A stretch of DNA of 64,000 nt from Paraspadella gotoi. Lineage: Eukaryota; Animalia; Chaetognatha. Shown here piece by piece: positions 13,300 to 25,436 of the stretch. The translations under genes were made by a program, and so were the position numbers. Every line of letters begins with the position of its first letter. Positions within the stretch are counted from its first letter, which is position 1. The stretch spans positions 13,966,710-14,030,709 of the forward strand of contig CM119267.1 in assembly GCA_051294375.1 (NCBI GenBank). The letters run 5' to 3'. The notes under the pieces were generated by a model that was given only the letters and a program-made list of their open reading frames with translations, ran no database searches and had not been told where the DNA came from.

Positions 13300-13715
13300 C
13301 GTTTTTCTTCTTTTTTATCCCTGTCGTCGTCGTCGTCGTCGTCATCATTATCCTTTTCGGGGTCGTCTTGATCATTCCCGTCGTTGTCGTTATTGTCATC
13401 GTCCTCGTGATCGCCATCATCGTCTTCATCGACATCATTGTCATCGTCTTCATCGTCGTAGTCATCTTTTCAGGGGTAGTCTTGGTCGTTTTCTTCTTTT
13501 TATTTCCAGTTGTTATCCTAATCGTCGTCGTCATCATCCTTTTCTGGATTGTCTTGATCATTTTTACCTTTTTCATCCCCGTCATTGTCGTCATCATCGT
13601 GATCGCCATCATTTTCATCGTCATGATCGTTGTTGTTGTCCTCATTCTCTTCGGGTTCATCTTGGTCTTCATGGTCCTAGTCGTCATCATCGTCGTCATC
13701 ATCGTCGTCATCTTC
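13300..13715. repeat. Degenerate (TCG/TCA)n triplet repeat with higher-order units
   Basis: The unit TCCTTTTCGGGGTCGTCTTGATC recurs in variant form near 13351, 13465, 13537 and 13646. CGTGATCGCCATC occurs twice. Explains the Val/Ile-, His/Arg- and Met/Thr-rich ORFs. Confidence 0.85.
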
Positions 13716-14568
13716 ACTCGAGCCCCAGTTTTAAAATCTCGATCCCGGGAGCAACAACGCATTTGCATTCGCTCAATTCGATTCGCGAGTGACGCAAAGA
13801 TTTGCTTCGCACTTCGTTTCAATCCCCGTCGCAATTGACTCGCAGTAGAAATTGCCCTCGCGACTCGATATATCGCATTCGTCGTCGACAATTGCCGACA
13901 GCAATTGCAGTCGCTATTGTTTCTGCCATTGCGAGCTCTGGCAGTGGCTGCTGATGGCGTAGTAGTTGTTTTTTTTTGGCAAGGCCGATCGCCGATCTCT
14001 ACGTTGGCGATGAGTCGTAAAATCAACTACGTATGTAGCGATGAAAAATGAAGTATTATTCCTGGAATAATAATTGTGTGCATTTGCAATTCGAAATTTA
14101 AAAGTCGCCAATAAGTCTTCGAACCCAATGCGAAGAAAATTTCAGTTCCGACATCTGGCGGAGTTAATGAGACAAAAGTAAAGAAAAGGTAAAGGTAAAG
14201 TTAAGGCCTCTATCCCTTTAATAATATTATAACTATATTATAACATTGTAACGGAGTCGCACTTCCAGTTCCGCTTTACAAATGAATGATTTTATGATCC
14301 AATGTCGCGATGAGCTTTTCTCTATGTCGACTCGAGCCAAAGCCGATGGCAGAAAACCGCTCCTCTCATCCTCCTCAAACAGACGCCGCATTCGCGCCAA
14401 AGCAAATGATGGGAAAAAATTGAAGACCACCTGTGAGTTAAAGATTGAAGAAAATGAATATCCATTATCCATCAGCCTTTCCTTCGATGAGTCGACGATC
14501 GACAGATTTGTTGAATCTATCTATCTATGCTTGCTTTGTCTCTGTCTATGTATCTCTCTCTCTCTGTA

Positions 14569-14601
<33 letters not shown>

Positions 14602-14650
14602 GTAACTACGTATTTCTCTCTCTCTCACACCATCGCGTAAACTTAATCAT

Positions 14651-14701
<51 letters not shown>

Positions 14702-14995
14702 GCGATGAGCGAGTACACCCGGATTTCTCCCTCTCTTTCCTCTCGAAAAAAAAAAGCTTAAGTCATCAGAATAAAACCTCTTCTCCGATGAAATCCATTT
14801 GAATTTCAAAGTCTACTTTTCGTAAGCGCGATGGATTTTTCCTCATGCAAATCTTCGTAACGTTTCACCATCGAAATTCCACGATTTTTTTTTCCTGATT
14901 TTTTTTAACGTTTTTACAAGTATTTTTTTTTCGTCTCCCTTTTGACTTTTAAAGGATGTTTTTAGCCGATGGTCGGAAATGTATAAGCCGGGAAT

Positions 14996-15039
<44 letters not shown>

Positions 15040-15929
15040 AAAGAAAAAAATCTCGTTTTTCACAGATGAGCAGACTGAATATGATTCGTTTAAAGAAGCC
15101 AATCAACATATGAAAGGCGCGAACTGACCATTCGACGCCCTAAGGTAAAGAAAAACGCAAGAATGGGTGGTGACCCGAAGGTTGAGATCACAAGGTCAAT
15201 GAAAAAGGCCATTGTATGCATTAGGATGACGAGCGCGCTGGGGAGAGGGCTTTATATTTAGTTCTGAGATTCAGATGGAAGAGTGAAGAAGACTACGAAG
15301 TTTCACACTCAGAATTATGGGTCGAGAATATTGAATCTCCGTAAAGCGCTTGTTAAAATTAAACCTTTTTCTAGTAAATATGTCTTCGAATTTGGTAAAC
15401 GAGCTAACTTGACATGGGACATGGATTAAGGTCTCCCTTTCTCTTACTAGATAATATCATATCGTAACATAACATCGAGAATTCGTGGGAAGGCCAAGAG
15501 TAGTGTCGGTCCAACGCTGCAGAGTGAGTCAGGAGAGGAGAAGAAACGAGCAGCGATCGCTGCGGGTCAAATTCAAAATGGCCGCCGTCGGTGTCGAATC
15601 TTCTCCGCCTTATTCTTTTTTTTTCGATCTCCACTGTCTTTTACCGCTCTGCCGCCCCCTCTGTCGGCTCACGCGGTCTAATTAATGATCGCATCTCGGT
15701 CGACGGAGGCCAAAATATGCAAACGAGGAGCGCATCCCTAAAAAAAAACCCTCGCGGGCTACGATATGCAAACAAGCGTTTCCAAAAAAAAANNNNNNNN
15801 NNNNNNNNNNNNNNNNNNNNNNNNNNNNNNNNNNNNNNNNNNNNNNNNNNNNNNNNNNNNNNNNNNTTCCTTTTGGTTTTTTCAGCGTCCGGTGGATCAC
15901 TCAACCTATGTTCTCTCTTCTTTCATCCT

Positions 15930-16049
<120 letters not shown>

Positions 16050-17481
16050 ATTTGCATTTCAAATATTCCTTTTTTCATCTGAAAAAAAAGGTTCGGTGCA
16101 GAAGATTGGCCTCTGAGATGTGAGATATCGTGAATGTGAGTGGCGATCGACGATGAGCGATGACTCTACGCGTGATCGATGCGCTCCTTCCGCCCCCCCC
16201 CGCCCCCCAAACTTCCTCGTCACATCATATCGCGCGCGCGTGAATCCGCGTGCGTCGTGGCGCCCGTGGGTATTCGTCGTTCGCGTCTCACGTTCGCGTT
16301 TGGGGATATCTCCGTAAAATGTTTTATGGCGATTTTCTTATTTATTCGTCTGGAGAGAAGCGACACCCCGTTGTTTTTTTTTTCCGTCTGTCCTTCTGTC
16401 TGGGAGTCCGTTTACCGTTTTCTCTCCATCCTTCCACTTCTTTCGCGCCTTTTTTTCTCGGTTTCAATTTCTCCTTTCTGCTTCTTCAATCTCCAACGCC
16501 CTCTCTCCGCTGACGATTTCCCTTTTTCCAGTTCATAATATCTTTTCCCTTTTCTATCTCCTTTCTCCCTCTTCGTTATTCTTCCTATTTTCCTCTTTCA
16601 CTTATTCTTTCTCTTTCCCCTTCTTTCTCGTTTTCTGCTTTTCCTCCTTAATCCTCTTCTCTGTCTACTCGAACTCTAGTGACCAAAGTCGAGCTAAGTT
16701 TTCGCTTCACTACGCCATCTATTTTTTCTTTTATATCTTCCACTCACCCAATCAACCCCGATCATCCGCGGACTTGAGCGTCTACTCCCGTATTAAAAAT
16801 AGAAAATTTCCTATAAATATGATTTAATCAATCATTAGTTTTTAAGAACCATAATTTAATTACGTTATCAGCATGAGTAGTACAGTACAGAGCAGTAGGT
16901 AAGATCCAAATGTTCAAAACCGAACGAAGAATAATTATTCAGCCATTTCCTCTTATTATTTGAACTTAGTCAAATCAAACTTTGCCCAACAGGATAATCA
17001 AAGCTTTTTTTCCCAGCCTGACTTAGAAATAGGTTAGCGTCCGAGGGCCTCGAGGCCTCGTGGCCAAACATCACTCTTTCCACCCTTCTTCTTCTTCTTC
17101 TTCTTCTTCTTCTTCTTCTTCTTCTCTTCTTTTCTTCTTCTTCTTCTTCTTCTTCTTCTTCTTCTTCTTCTAACCACTCCCACAGTCCCCCTATCTCTCC
17201 CCCTCTCACCATTAAGCCTTCCCCCTCCGCCCCCTGACGCGGAAGTCTACTCCTCTCGATTCCTCCTCTCGCCTCCGCCAAAATCACCGGAATTCGAAGA
17301 GAAGGAGATTGAAATAAGACGCGAGGAAAAAAAAAGAAGAAAGAAGAAAAGAAAAAAAGAAAATGAAGGAAAAAAGAAAAAGAAAAATGTGGAAGAAATG
17401 ATTGAAAGTCGACGTCGTTGGTTCCTCGACGATTCTATGAATGATCTTTCGCATAAAGACTCACGAAAAACCCCCTTTGCG

Positions 17482-17578
<97 letters not shown>

Positions 17579-18084
17579 TCATCTCTAACCCCCTCCGGCG
17601 CCTCCCATTGATCGGGCCTCGATATTTATCCTCTTTGCCACCAGCCATCCCTGGGCTAATATCTTTTTACCTTTCTCGCTTATTCCCCTTATTCCTTCCC
17701 CCGAAACCTCGTTCTCTTCACTTCCACTCTCAATCTTCTCATCTATCTCCCTCTTCCCCTCAGCCAGTCTGGCGACTCGGAATCCCTCAGAGTTCGAAAA
17801 ATTCCCGCGGTGCATTGAGCAGCTTAATATACCGAGTTATTTGCAGAGTTATTGTTATTGTCGACATAACTGACCGGCGCACAGAGCGTTTTAAGATTAA
17901 AAAAAAAAGAAGAGAGAACAACTAAGAGAAATATAATTTTGCAAGAGCACTATATTCCCACGGAATATATATTAGTAATTGGGCGGTTTTAAAATCATTT
18001 AAAAGTAAACTATTGTGAACAGAGTCTGGCGAGAAGCTGTTCAAAAACTATTCGTATACATTAAAATAAAGATTTTATGGCAAC

Positions 18085-18310
18085 AGCCGGGTTGCCTGTG
18101 ATGCCCATTGGGATGGGACATCTCACTGTTGGCTTTAGGGGCTTCCGACCCTCAGTGGCGCCACCTTAGGACGGTCTCGCTTTGCCAACGCAGAGGGAAG
18201 TCGTTAGGACGATGGAACGCAGCGCCTGGGATGGTGCGTCCCCCCTCTGAGCCAATGGGATTTGCTGAACCATGGAGTATGTAAGGCGGTGTGATTATAC
18301 CGCCAAAATT
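18085..18310 (+). ncRNA. Candidate structured RNA or structured repeat, unassigned (strand tentative)
   Basis: GC-rich island with nested complementary segments: CCCATTGG 18104-18111/CCAATGGG 18252-18259, GTTGGC 18128-18133/GCCAAC 18184-18189, CAGAGGG 18191-18197/CCCTCTG 18243-18249, and a terminal hairpin GGCGGTGT-GATT-ATACCGCC 18285-18304 followed by AAAATTTTT. Confidence 0.3.
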
Positions 18311-18486
18311 TTTCTAAAAAATTTAGCCTACGAAGTCGAACCAAGCAAAACAAGCTGCGTGGACAGCTGCGCCTTTGCTCCAAAGCCGAGGACGGATATT
18401 ATAGGACTGAGGACTCTTCATCCTCAAAGAAAAAAGTCTTTTTTTTTGCTTTGGAAGCCGAAACAAGCAGATACAGAGATAAAGAA

Positions 18487-18522
<36 letters not shown>

Positions 18523-19235
18523 AAACCATAGGCCGAACCGAGTGGTCGTAAGATATTGAACAGATGTGGTAATTTTCTTATGATGGAATTCGGGCAGGGA
18601 TTGCCTTCTCACAGCTGACTGCCTTTCGTCCAGGCCTGAGATCGGGGCGAGGGAGAAAGGGATAGAGAGAGGCCGGTTCCAAGGGGGGTAAATAAAATGA
18701 GATGGCGAAGGAGTAAAGGGGCCAAAGGGTTCTTAAGTTGGTCACTTAAGTCATCTTGAGAATAAAGAATGTTTCCTAAAGGTAAAACGCGAACTCTCTC
18801 TGTCCCTTTAATTATTATCGACCGCCTTTTTACTCGATTAGACAATTGGATTTTAGTTCAACATCAGGATTTTTAAACTTTTAAAATTAGAATGAGTAAT
18901 ACTGATGGCTTTTGTTCAATTACAATATATTCGGGATGTTCACTAGATCGTGAAACGTCGAAAAGTCCTAATCGATCTTAGCTCTCTTTCTCTCTTTCTC
19001 TCGCCCCGCGAACTCGCAGAGGAAATCTCTCTGCCCCGCCCACTGGCGCGAAACGGACATAAAACGCAATTTTCGCTGCTCATTTGTCCGATTTTTGCCG
19101 TCGTTCTCGTCGTCGCTCGCGGCGACGCCTCTCGGGCGAAGGATGAAAACTAATTTCGGTCGCCGTAAAAACGAGACCTCGCCGCTACCGTGACGAGGAG
19201 CGGGCAATCGTGTTCGCCGCTGCCGCTTTTTTTTT

Positions 19236-19965
19236 CGGCCGCTGCGACCGATGCAGCCGACGCTGCCGTCTCCGATTGATAGCCATTTCGCGCCAAATTC
19301 ATTCGTATGAGGAAGAAAGGTCGAAAAACATAAATTTCGACGACCTCACGATGGCCGAGGTAGAGTGAGGCGGAGGGTGGGGCGGAACAGGCGTGGCCCT
19401 TTTTTATTAATATCGTTTATTTCTAATAACGCGGCAAAAAAAAAAAGCGCATCGGCGACGCCCATCGTAATTAGTTAAGAAGAAAAAAATATATATTGAG
19501 AAATATATTAAAACTTTGGAGAAGATCGTGAATGAGAGGGAATCGAATAAAATGCGATATGGGGGAGAATCGAACCGTGTACAAAGAGAAAGAGAGAGAG
19601 AGAATTTTTCCGGCCGCTGCGACCGATGCAGCCGACGCTGCCGTCTCGCATTGATAGCCATTTCGCGCCAAATTCATTCGTATGAGGAAGAAAGGTCGAA
19701 AAACATAAATTTCGAACGACCTCACGATGCGCGAGTGTAGAGTGAGGCGGAGGGTGGGGCGGAACAGGCGTGGCCCTTTTATTTAATATCGTTATTTTCT
19801 AAACAGCGGCAAAAAAAAAAAAGCGCATCGGCGACGCCCATCGTAATTAGTTAAGAAGAAAAAATATATATTGAGAAATATATTAAAACTTTGGAGAAGA
19901 TCGTGAATGAGAGGGAATCGAATAAAATGCGATATGGGGAGGAATCGAACCGTGTTACAAGAGAA

Positions 19966-19975
<10 letters not shown>
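19236..19975 (+). repeat. Tandem duplication, period about 375 bp
   Basis: CGGCCGCTGCGACCGATGCAGCC starts at 19236 and 19611. The copies differ by scattered indels and both end in (GA)n. Confidence 0.9.
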
Positions 19976-20013
<38 letters not shown>

Positions 20014-20034
20014 AGAGAGAGGAGAGAGAGAGAG

Positions 20035-20225
20035 AGAGACTATCTCTATGAAGGAGTCATATACTCAGCTCTCCCGAACGCAGCCGTAGACCGGAGCGGC
20101 GGCGCGCGGCTGCCGATCGACTCACCTTCTCCTTCCGGGCTTTCTTCCGCTCGGATCGGGGAGATTTTCTCTTCTCTCCGGGCTTCTTCCGGTCGAAGTC
20201 CGAGCGGATCGGGCCGGATATCTCT

Positions 20226-20263
<38 letters not shown>

Positions 20264-21606
20264 GACAGTGCTAAGCTGTATAAACTGGACCCCATCGAAG
20301 TTAAACAAACTCCATACAGGAGCCTGTCTCTTCAATGCCAATATCGATATCCGGCACCATCGACACGCAGTCTAAAATCATCTAAAAAGACTGGCGGCCA
20401 ACATCATCTCCAATTCCTTGGGAGGCAAAAACTCGTTCTTGTAACTAATAAATTAAAATTGATCGACAGTTATATCTCGTATATTCTTCTCCTTAGAATA
20501 ATATTCTTGTTTCGTGTCCCAGGAACCTTTTGATAAAGTTATTGACCGTGGTTGCGAGTTCATAAAACCTATATTTTAACCAATATGGTTAAATAATTTT
20601 ATATCTTTAGCTTCTGTTATTTAAATTTCGTTTTAAAACTGAATAACACTTTCTATCCATTGTTTCGTCGATTTCAATAAACGTTGCTCATTGGTAGATG
20701 TAGTAAAACTAAAAGAGTAGAAAAGGCAAGAAATTATGGACAAATACTCTGAATAGAAATAGTGATAGTATTTGGCGGGTAAGACCCCGCCGGGGCTCGC
20801 TTTTTTTTAATGTATTAGTTGCAAGTTAGGATACCCTAGTAATTTTTCAAATACCCTAGTATTTTTTTAAAATTACTTTGATACTTTTACAAATCGATAG
20901 ATTTTAAGTATAAAAGTTAAGCGCGTAAGACCTCGCGGGGCGCGCACAAAGTATTTATTTGGCGATAAGACCCCTAGGAGGGCCCGCAAAATAGGATCGC
21001 CCTAAGGCTGTTTTTCTCCTCATCCGCGGGCGTTTTTAGTAATATCTTATCATCATCATCATCATCTCTCTCTCTCTTCTTACTCTCTCTTGCTCTTGCC
21101 GTCTCGCTCTCTTTCTATCTTTTTTTTCGAAGGTTTCATGTTGTTTCGAGGCTTCTGAGTATAAGCCATGCTATGAAGAATGAATGATTCTCAGCTCCTC
21201 AGATCCAATCATTACGGCCCTCTGAATCTTTGGGGGCTCCGCGTCCCGATTTAAATTCCTCCCTCTTCTCCCAGCCTCGCTTCGCCATTGGTCGAGGATG
21301 CAAAATGAGGGAACGACTGATTGGTCGGTGCCCGACTCCTCCTCGATTCTCATTTGCCAATTTTTAGATCTAGTCTCGAGTCATGAATCAAGCGCCATTT
21401 TTGGATGAGGAGAAAAAAGGGAGGGAGAATGGAGAAAAGAGATAAAAAAAAAATGGCGAGAGTAGAGAAGAGAGAGAGAGAGGCAGAGAGAGAGAGGAGA
21501 GAGAGGAGAGAGAGAGTGAGTGAGTGAATGAGTGAGAGACGAGAGGAGACTCGTAAAAAGAGTCCCGAGAAGGATCTTCATNNNNNNNNNNNNNNNNNNN
21601 NNNNNN

Positions 21607-21697
<91 letters not shown>

Positions 21698-21880
21698 CTA
21701 TCTCTATGAAAGGAGTCATATACTCAGCTCTCCCGAACGCAGCCGTAGACCGGAGCGGCGGCGCGCGGCTGCCGATCGACTCACTTCTCCTTCCGGGCTT
21801 TCTCTCCGCTCGGATCGGGGAGATTTTCTCTCTCTCCGGGCTTCTTCCGGTCGAAGTCCGAGCGGATCGGGCCGCCGGCA

Positions 21881-21919
<39 letters not shown>

Positions 21920-22345
21920 GACAGTGCTAAGCTGTATAAACTGGATCCCCATCGAAGTTAAACCAAACTCCATACAGGAGCCTGTTCTCTTCAATGCCAA
22001 TATCGATATCCGGCACCATCGACACGCCGTCTAAAGATCATCTAAAAAGACTGGCGGCCAACATCATCTCCAATTCTTGGGGAGCAAAAACTCGTTCTTG
22101 TAACTAATAAATTAAAATTGATCGACAGTTATATCTCTATATTCTTCTCCTTAGAATAATATTCTTGTTTCGTGTCCCAAGGAACCTTTTGATAAAGTTA
22201 TTGACCGTGGTTGCGAGTTCATAAAACCTATATTTAACCAATATGGTTAAATAATTTAATATCTTTAGCTTCTGTTATTTAAATTTCGTTTTAAACTGAA
22301 TAACACTTTCTATCCATGTTTTCGTACGATAATTCAATAACGTTG
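20035..22345 (+). repeat. Direct repeat of about 650 bp (20035-20686 and 21693-22345) on either side of a 25-N gap
   Basis: GACTATCTCTATGAA...CAATAA(A)CGTTG is present twice, with indel-type differences. Confidence 0.9.
20770..21040 (+). repeat. Element with three copies of a GCG..TAAGACCCC..GGGGC.CGC hairpin motif; possible non-autonomous Helitron-like remnant
   Basis: TAAGACC at 20780, 20926 and 20966; ATACCCTAGTA at 20831 and 20851; ends in GC-rich CCGCGGGCG..TTAGT. The repeat is seen directly; the class assignment is weak. Confidence 0.45.
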
Positions 22346-22439
22346 AATCTCTCTCTGGGGATCTCATCGTCACGTAGCGAGGCAAAAAAAAGTTAGGATG
22401 CAGAGTTGGCCCTGAGTTTGGTTCGATGCTAGATTGAAG

Positions 22440-22566
22440 CGGGATGGAGTGGGACAGAGTGAGATGGAGTGGGATAGAATGAGATGGAGTGGGATAGAAT
22501 GAGATTGAGTAGGACAGAGTGAGATGGAGTGGGATAGAATGAGATGGAGTGGGATGGAGTGAGATG
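22440..22566. repeat. 20-bp minisatellite GAGATGGAGTGGGATAGAAT
   Basis: About six tandem copies are visible. Confidence 0.9.
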
Positions 22567-25346
22567 TATTTTTGCGAAGAGGCATGAAATGTATAGAAAA
22601 TGGAAGGAGATGCCAGATCTTGGGAGAGGGCGGTGAAATTACATTGTGAAGTTGAATTCCAATCGTTGTTCTTTTGTTCCTTGTTCACCGTTCAGTCCAG
22701 CTCAACTCACAAAACTATTTACAAATTCACTACGAGCACATATATAGGCTCTCACTTTAATGAACTGCGGGTGAAAAGCGAAACATCATCCTTTTTGGGA
22801 TTATTTGAGAAAAAATCATTAGACCTTCATTTCTACCATTTTCACAGCTTCGTCACGGACCTTCCCCTCTCAGACTCGCCAATACTTTTCGAGCGATTTC
22901 CTTCTGCCACGCGCCAATCTCGTACACGAGGAGCTCCAAAGATTAGAAACAAATAGATACGAATGGTTTTGTTTCGGGCCAGCGCCGGGCCGCCGCCGGG
23001 CCGCCTCCCCGGTCCGCCCCGGTCCGGCCCGGCCCCGGTTCGCTTGTCTGTCGGGCGAGAGCAGAGGGCAGAGGTTCTCAGGATGAATGAAAGGGGATGG
23101 ACGGGGAAGAGAGAGAGAGAAAAAAAAACATTTCCAAGTATTTTGTACTTTTGTCTGAAAAAATAATTTTCTGATTGCTTTTCTTTTCTTTTTTTCGTTT
23201 TTATTGAATTTGATGACGATATATCCTTTTGTTAAAAATTGTTTAACGATATTCAAAAAAAAATCCATTTAAAGCCGACGAAAACGGTCGGAAGATTGTT
23301 GAAAAACATTAATAAAAGTGGAATAAAGATAAGGAGAAGCAATAAAAGAAAAATAACGAAATTAAACACAAAGTAAATATACGAGGAAAGAGAGAGAGAG
23401 AGAGAGAGNNNNNNNNNNNNNNNNNNNNNNNNNNNNNNNNNNNNNNNNNNNNNNNNNNNNNNNNNNNNNNNNNNNNNNNNNNNNNNNNNNNNNNNNNNNN
23501 NNNNNNNNNNNNNNNNNNNNNNNNNNNNNNNNNNNNNNNNNNNNNNNNNNNNNNNNNNNNNNNNNNNNNNNNNNNNNNNNNNNNNNNNNNNNNNNNNNNN
23601 NNNNNNNNNNNNNNNNNNNNNNNNNNNNNNNNNNNNNNNNNNNNNNNNNNNNNNNNNNNNNNNNNNNNNNNNNNNNNNNNNNNNNNNNNNNNNNNNNNNN
23701 NNNNNNNNNNNNNNNNNNNNNNNNNNNNNNNNNNNNNNNNNNNNNNNNNNNNNNNNNNNNNNNNNNNNNNNNNNNNNNNNGAGAGAGAGAAAGGATGGAA
23801 AAATGGAAAACCGAGAAAAAAAAAGAAAAAAAAACGTAACGAGCCAAAAAAAATGGCGGAAGAAAACTGAAAGTAAAAGAAGACAAAAGTTTTGTCAAAA
23901 TGTGTCGATTGAGAGACAAAGTTAATGTTCTTATCGAACTGGGTTTTGTTGGTTTGAATATCGAAAGGTTTAACTTTCAGTTCCAAATGTTTAAAACAAA
24001 TGATCGATTAATCAATTCATACGAATGAAGATCACGTTTATTGTAAAAAATTATATTCGATCTCACCCAAATTCTTTCGCGTGATATTCGCGGCGAAAAA
24101 TTGAGATTCTTCGCCAAAAACCAAATCCTCACTGAAATTTGCTGCCTTTCTCTCTTCTTCATATGACAGATATATGCGCTTAATGTGCGTCCATCTCTCT
24201 CTCTCTCTCTCNNNNNNNNNNNNNNNNNNNNNNNNNNNNNNNNNNNNNNNNNNNNNNNNNNNNNNNNNNNNNNNNNNNNNNNNNNNNNNNNNNNNNNNNN
24301 NNNNNNNNNNNNNNNNNNNNNNNNNNNNNNNNNNNNNNNNNNNNNNNNNNNNNNNNNNNNNNTCCTCGGCCTGTCCCCCCCTCTAGAGCCCCCTTCACTT
24401 CACTTCAGTACAGCACACAGCACGTGGGCTCACGTTTTCTTCGTCGCGCGTTTCAAAGAGGCCTCTTTTTATTCTCGAACCTGAAACGGCTCGACCCCGG
24501 GAGGCGTCCTTTTTACGATAGACGATGCTAAAGTGACGTACACCCTGCGATCTGAACCAAATGACGAACACTGTATTTTTTTTTTAATAGGCCATGTAGC
24601 TTCGCTTGATGTCTTTGTTTTTATTCACACCTTTCTTTTTTGACAAGAATATTTGTTAAAAATCCTATTAATCATGCGTAAACTTTTTTTGTAAGAGTTC
24701 TTGCACTTGTTCTCTATTTCGAGCAGAGAAAAANNNNNNNNNNNNNNNNNNNNNNNNNNNNNNNNNNNNNNNNNNNNNNNNNNNNNNNNNNNNNNNNNNN
24801 NNNNNNNNNNNNNNNNNNNNNNNNNNNNNNNNNNNNNNNNNNNNNNNNNNNNNNNNNNNNNNNNNNNNNNNNNNNNNNNNNNNNNNNNNNNNNNNNNNNN
24901 NNNNNNNNNNNNNNNNNNNNNNNNNNNNNNNNNNNNNNNNNNNNNNNNNNNNNNNNNNNNNNNNNNNNNNNNNNNNNNNNNNNNNNNNNNNNNCCAAAAA
25001 GTTTATAAACACGAAATAAAAAAAAAGGAAGGAAAAAGAGAAATGACGTCAAAAGAACATGAGAGGCAGTTTCCTTTTTTTCCCTCTTTCCTCTTTTTTT
25101 TTCTTGCAATTTCATCCTTCTTTTTCCTCCTCATTCGTTTCATATTTGTCTTTTCTCTTTCTATTTTCGTTTCTGTTTTCTCCAATTTGTTGTTTATTAC
25201 TTTCACTTTCTGCAGAGTTAACTTTTTTTTCATTTTCCTTTTTTTTTCATTTTCTGTTTATTATTTTCATAAAAAATAATTTTTAGCTGATTTAATGACC
25301 TCTATAGTCTACAGTCTATAGTCTATAGCCTATAGTATACTCCATT

Positions 25347-25436
25347 TTTAGAGATGAAACGAAAAATTCGTTGTAATAGCAATTTTTATTTAAAAAAAAA
25401 ATGCTATTAAAACAAATTTTTCGTTTCATCTCTAAA
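25347..25436. repeat. Near-perfect 90-bp palindrome flanked by a 13-bp direct repeat
   Basis: The 22-bp arm TTTAGAGATGAAACGAAAAATT pairs perfectly with AATTTTTCGTTTCATCTCTAAA, and pairing continues imperfectly to the centre. AGTATACTCCATT occurs at 25334-25346 and 25473-25485. Confidence 0.85.

Noticed and set aside
22037-22100. HLKRLAANIISNSWGAKTR resembling the non-LTR RT C-terminal L..L....WGA motif
   Set aside because: Spacing is off, no other RT motif is nearby and the frame closes immediately.
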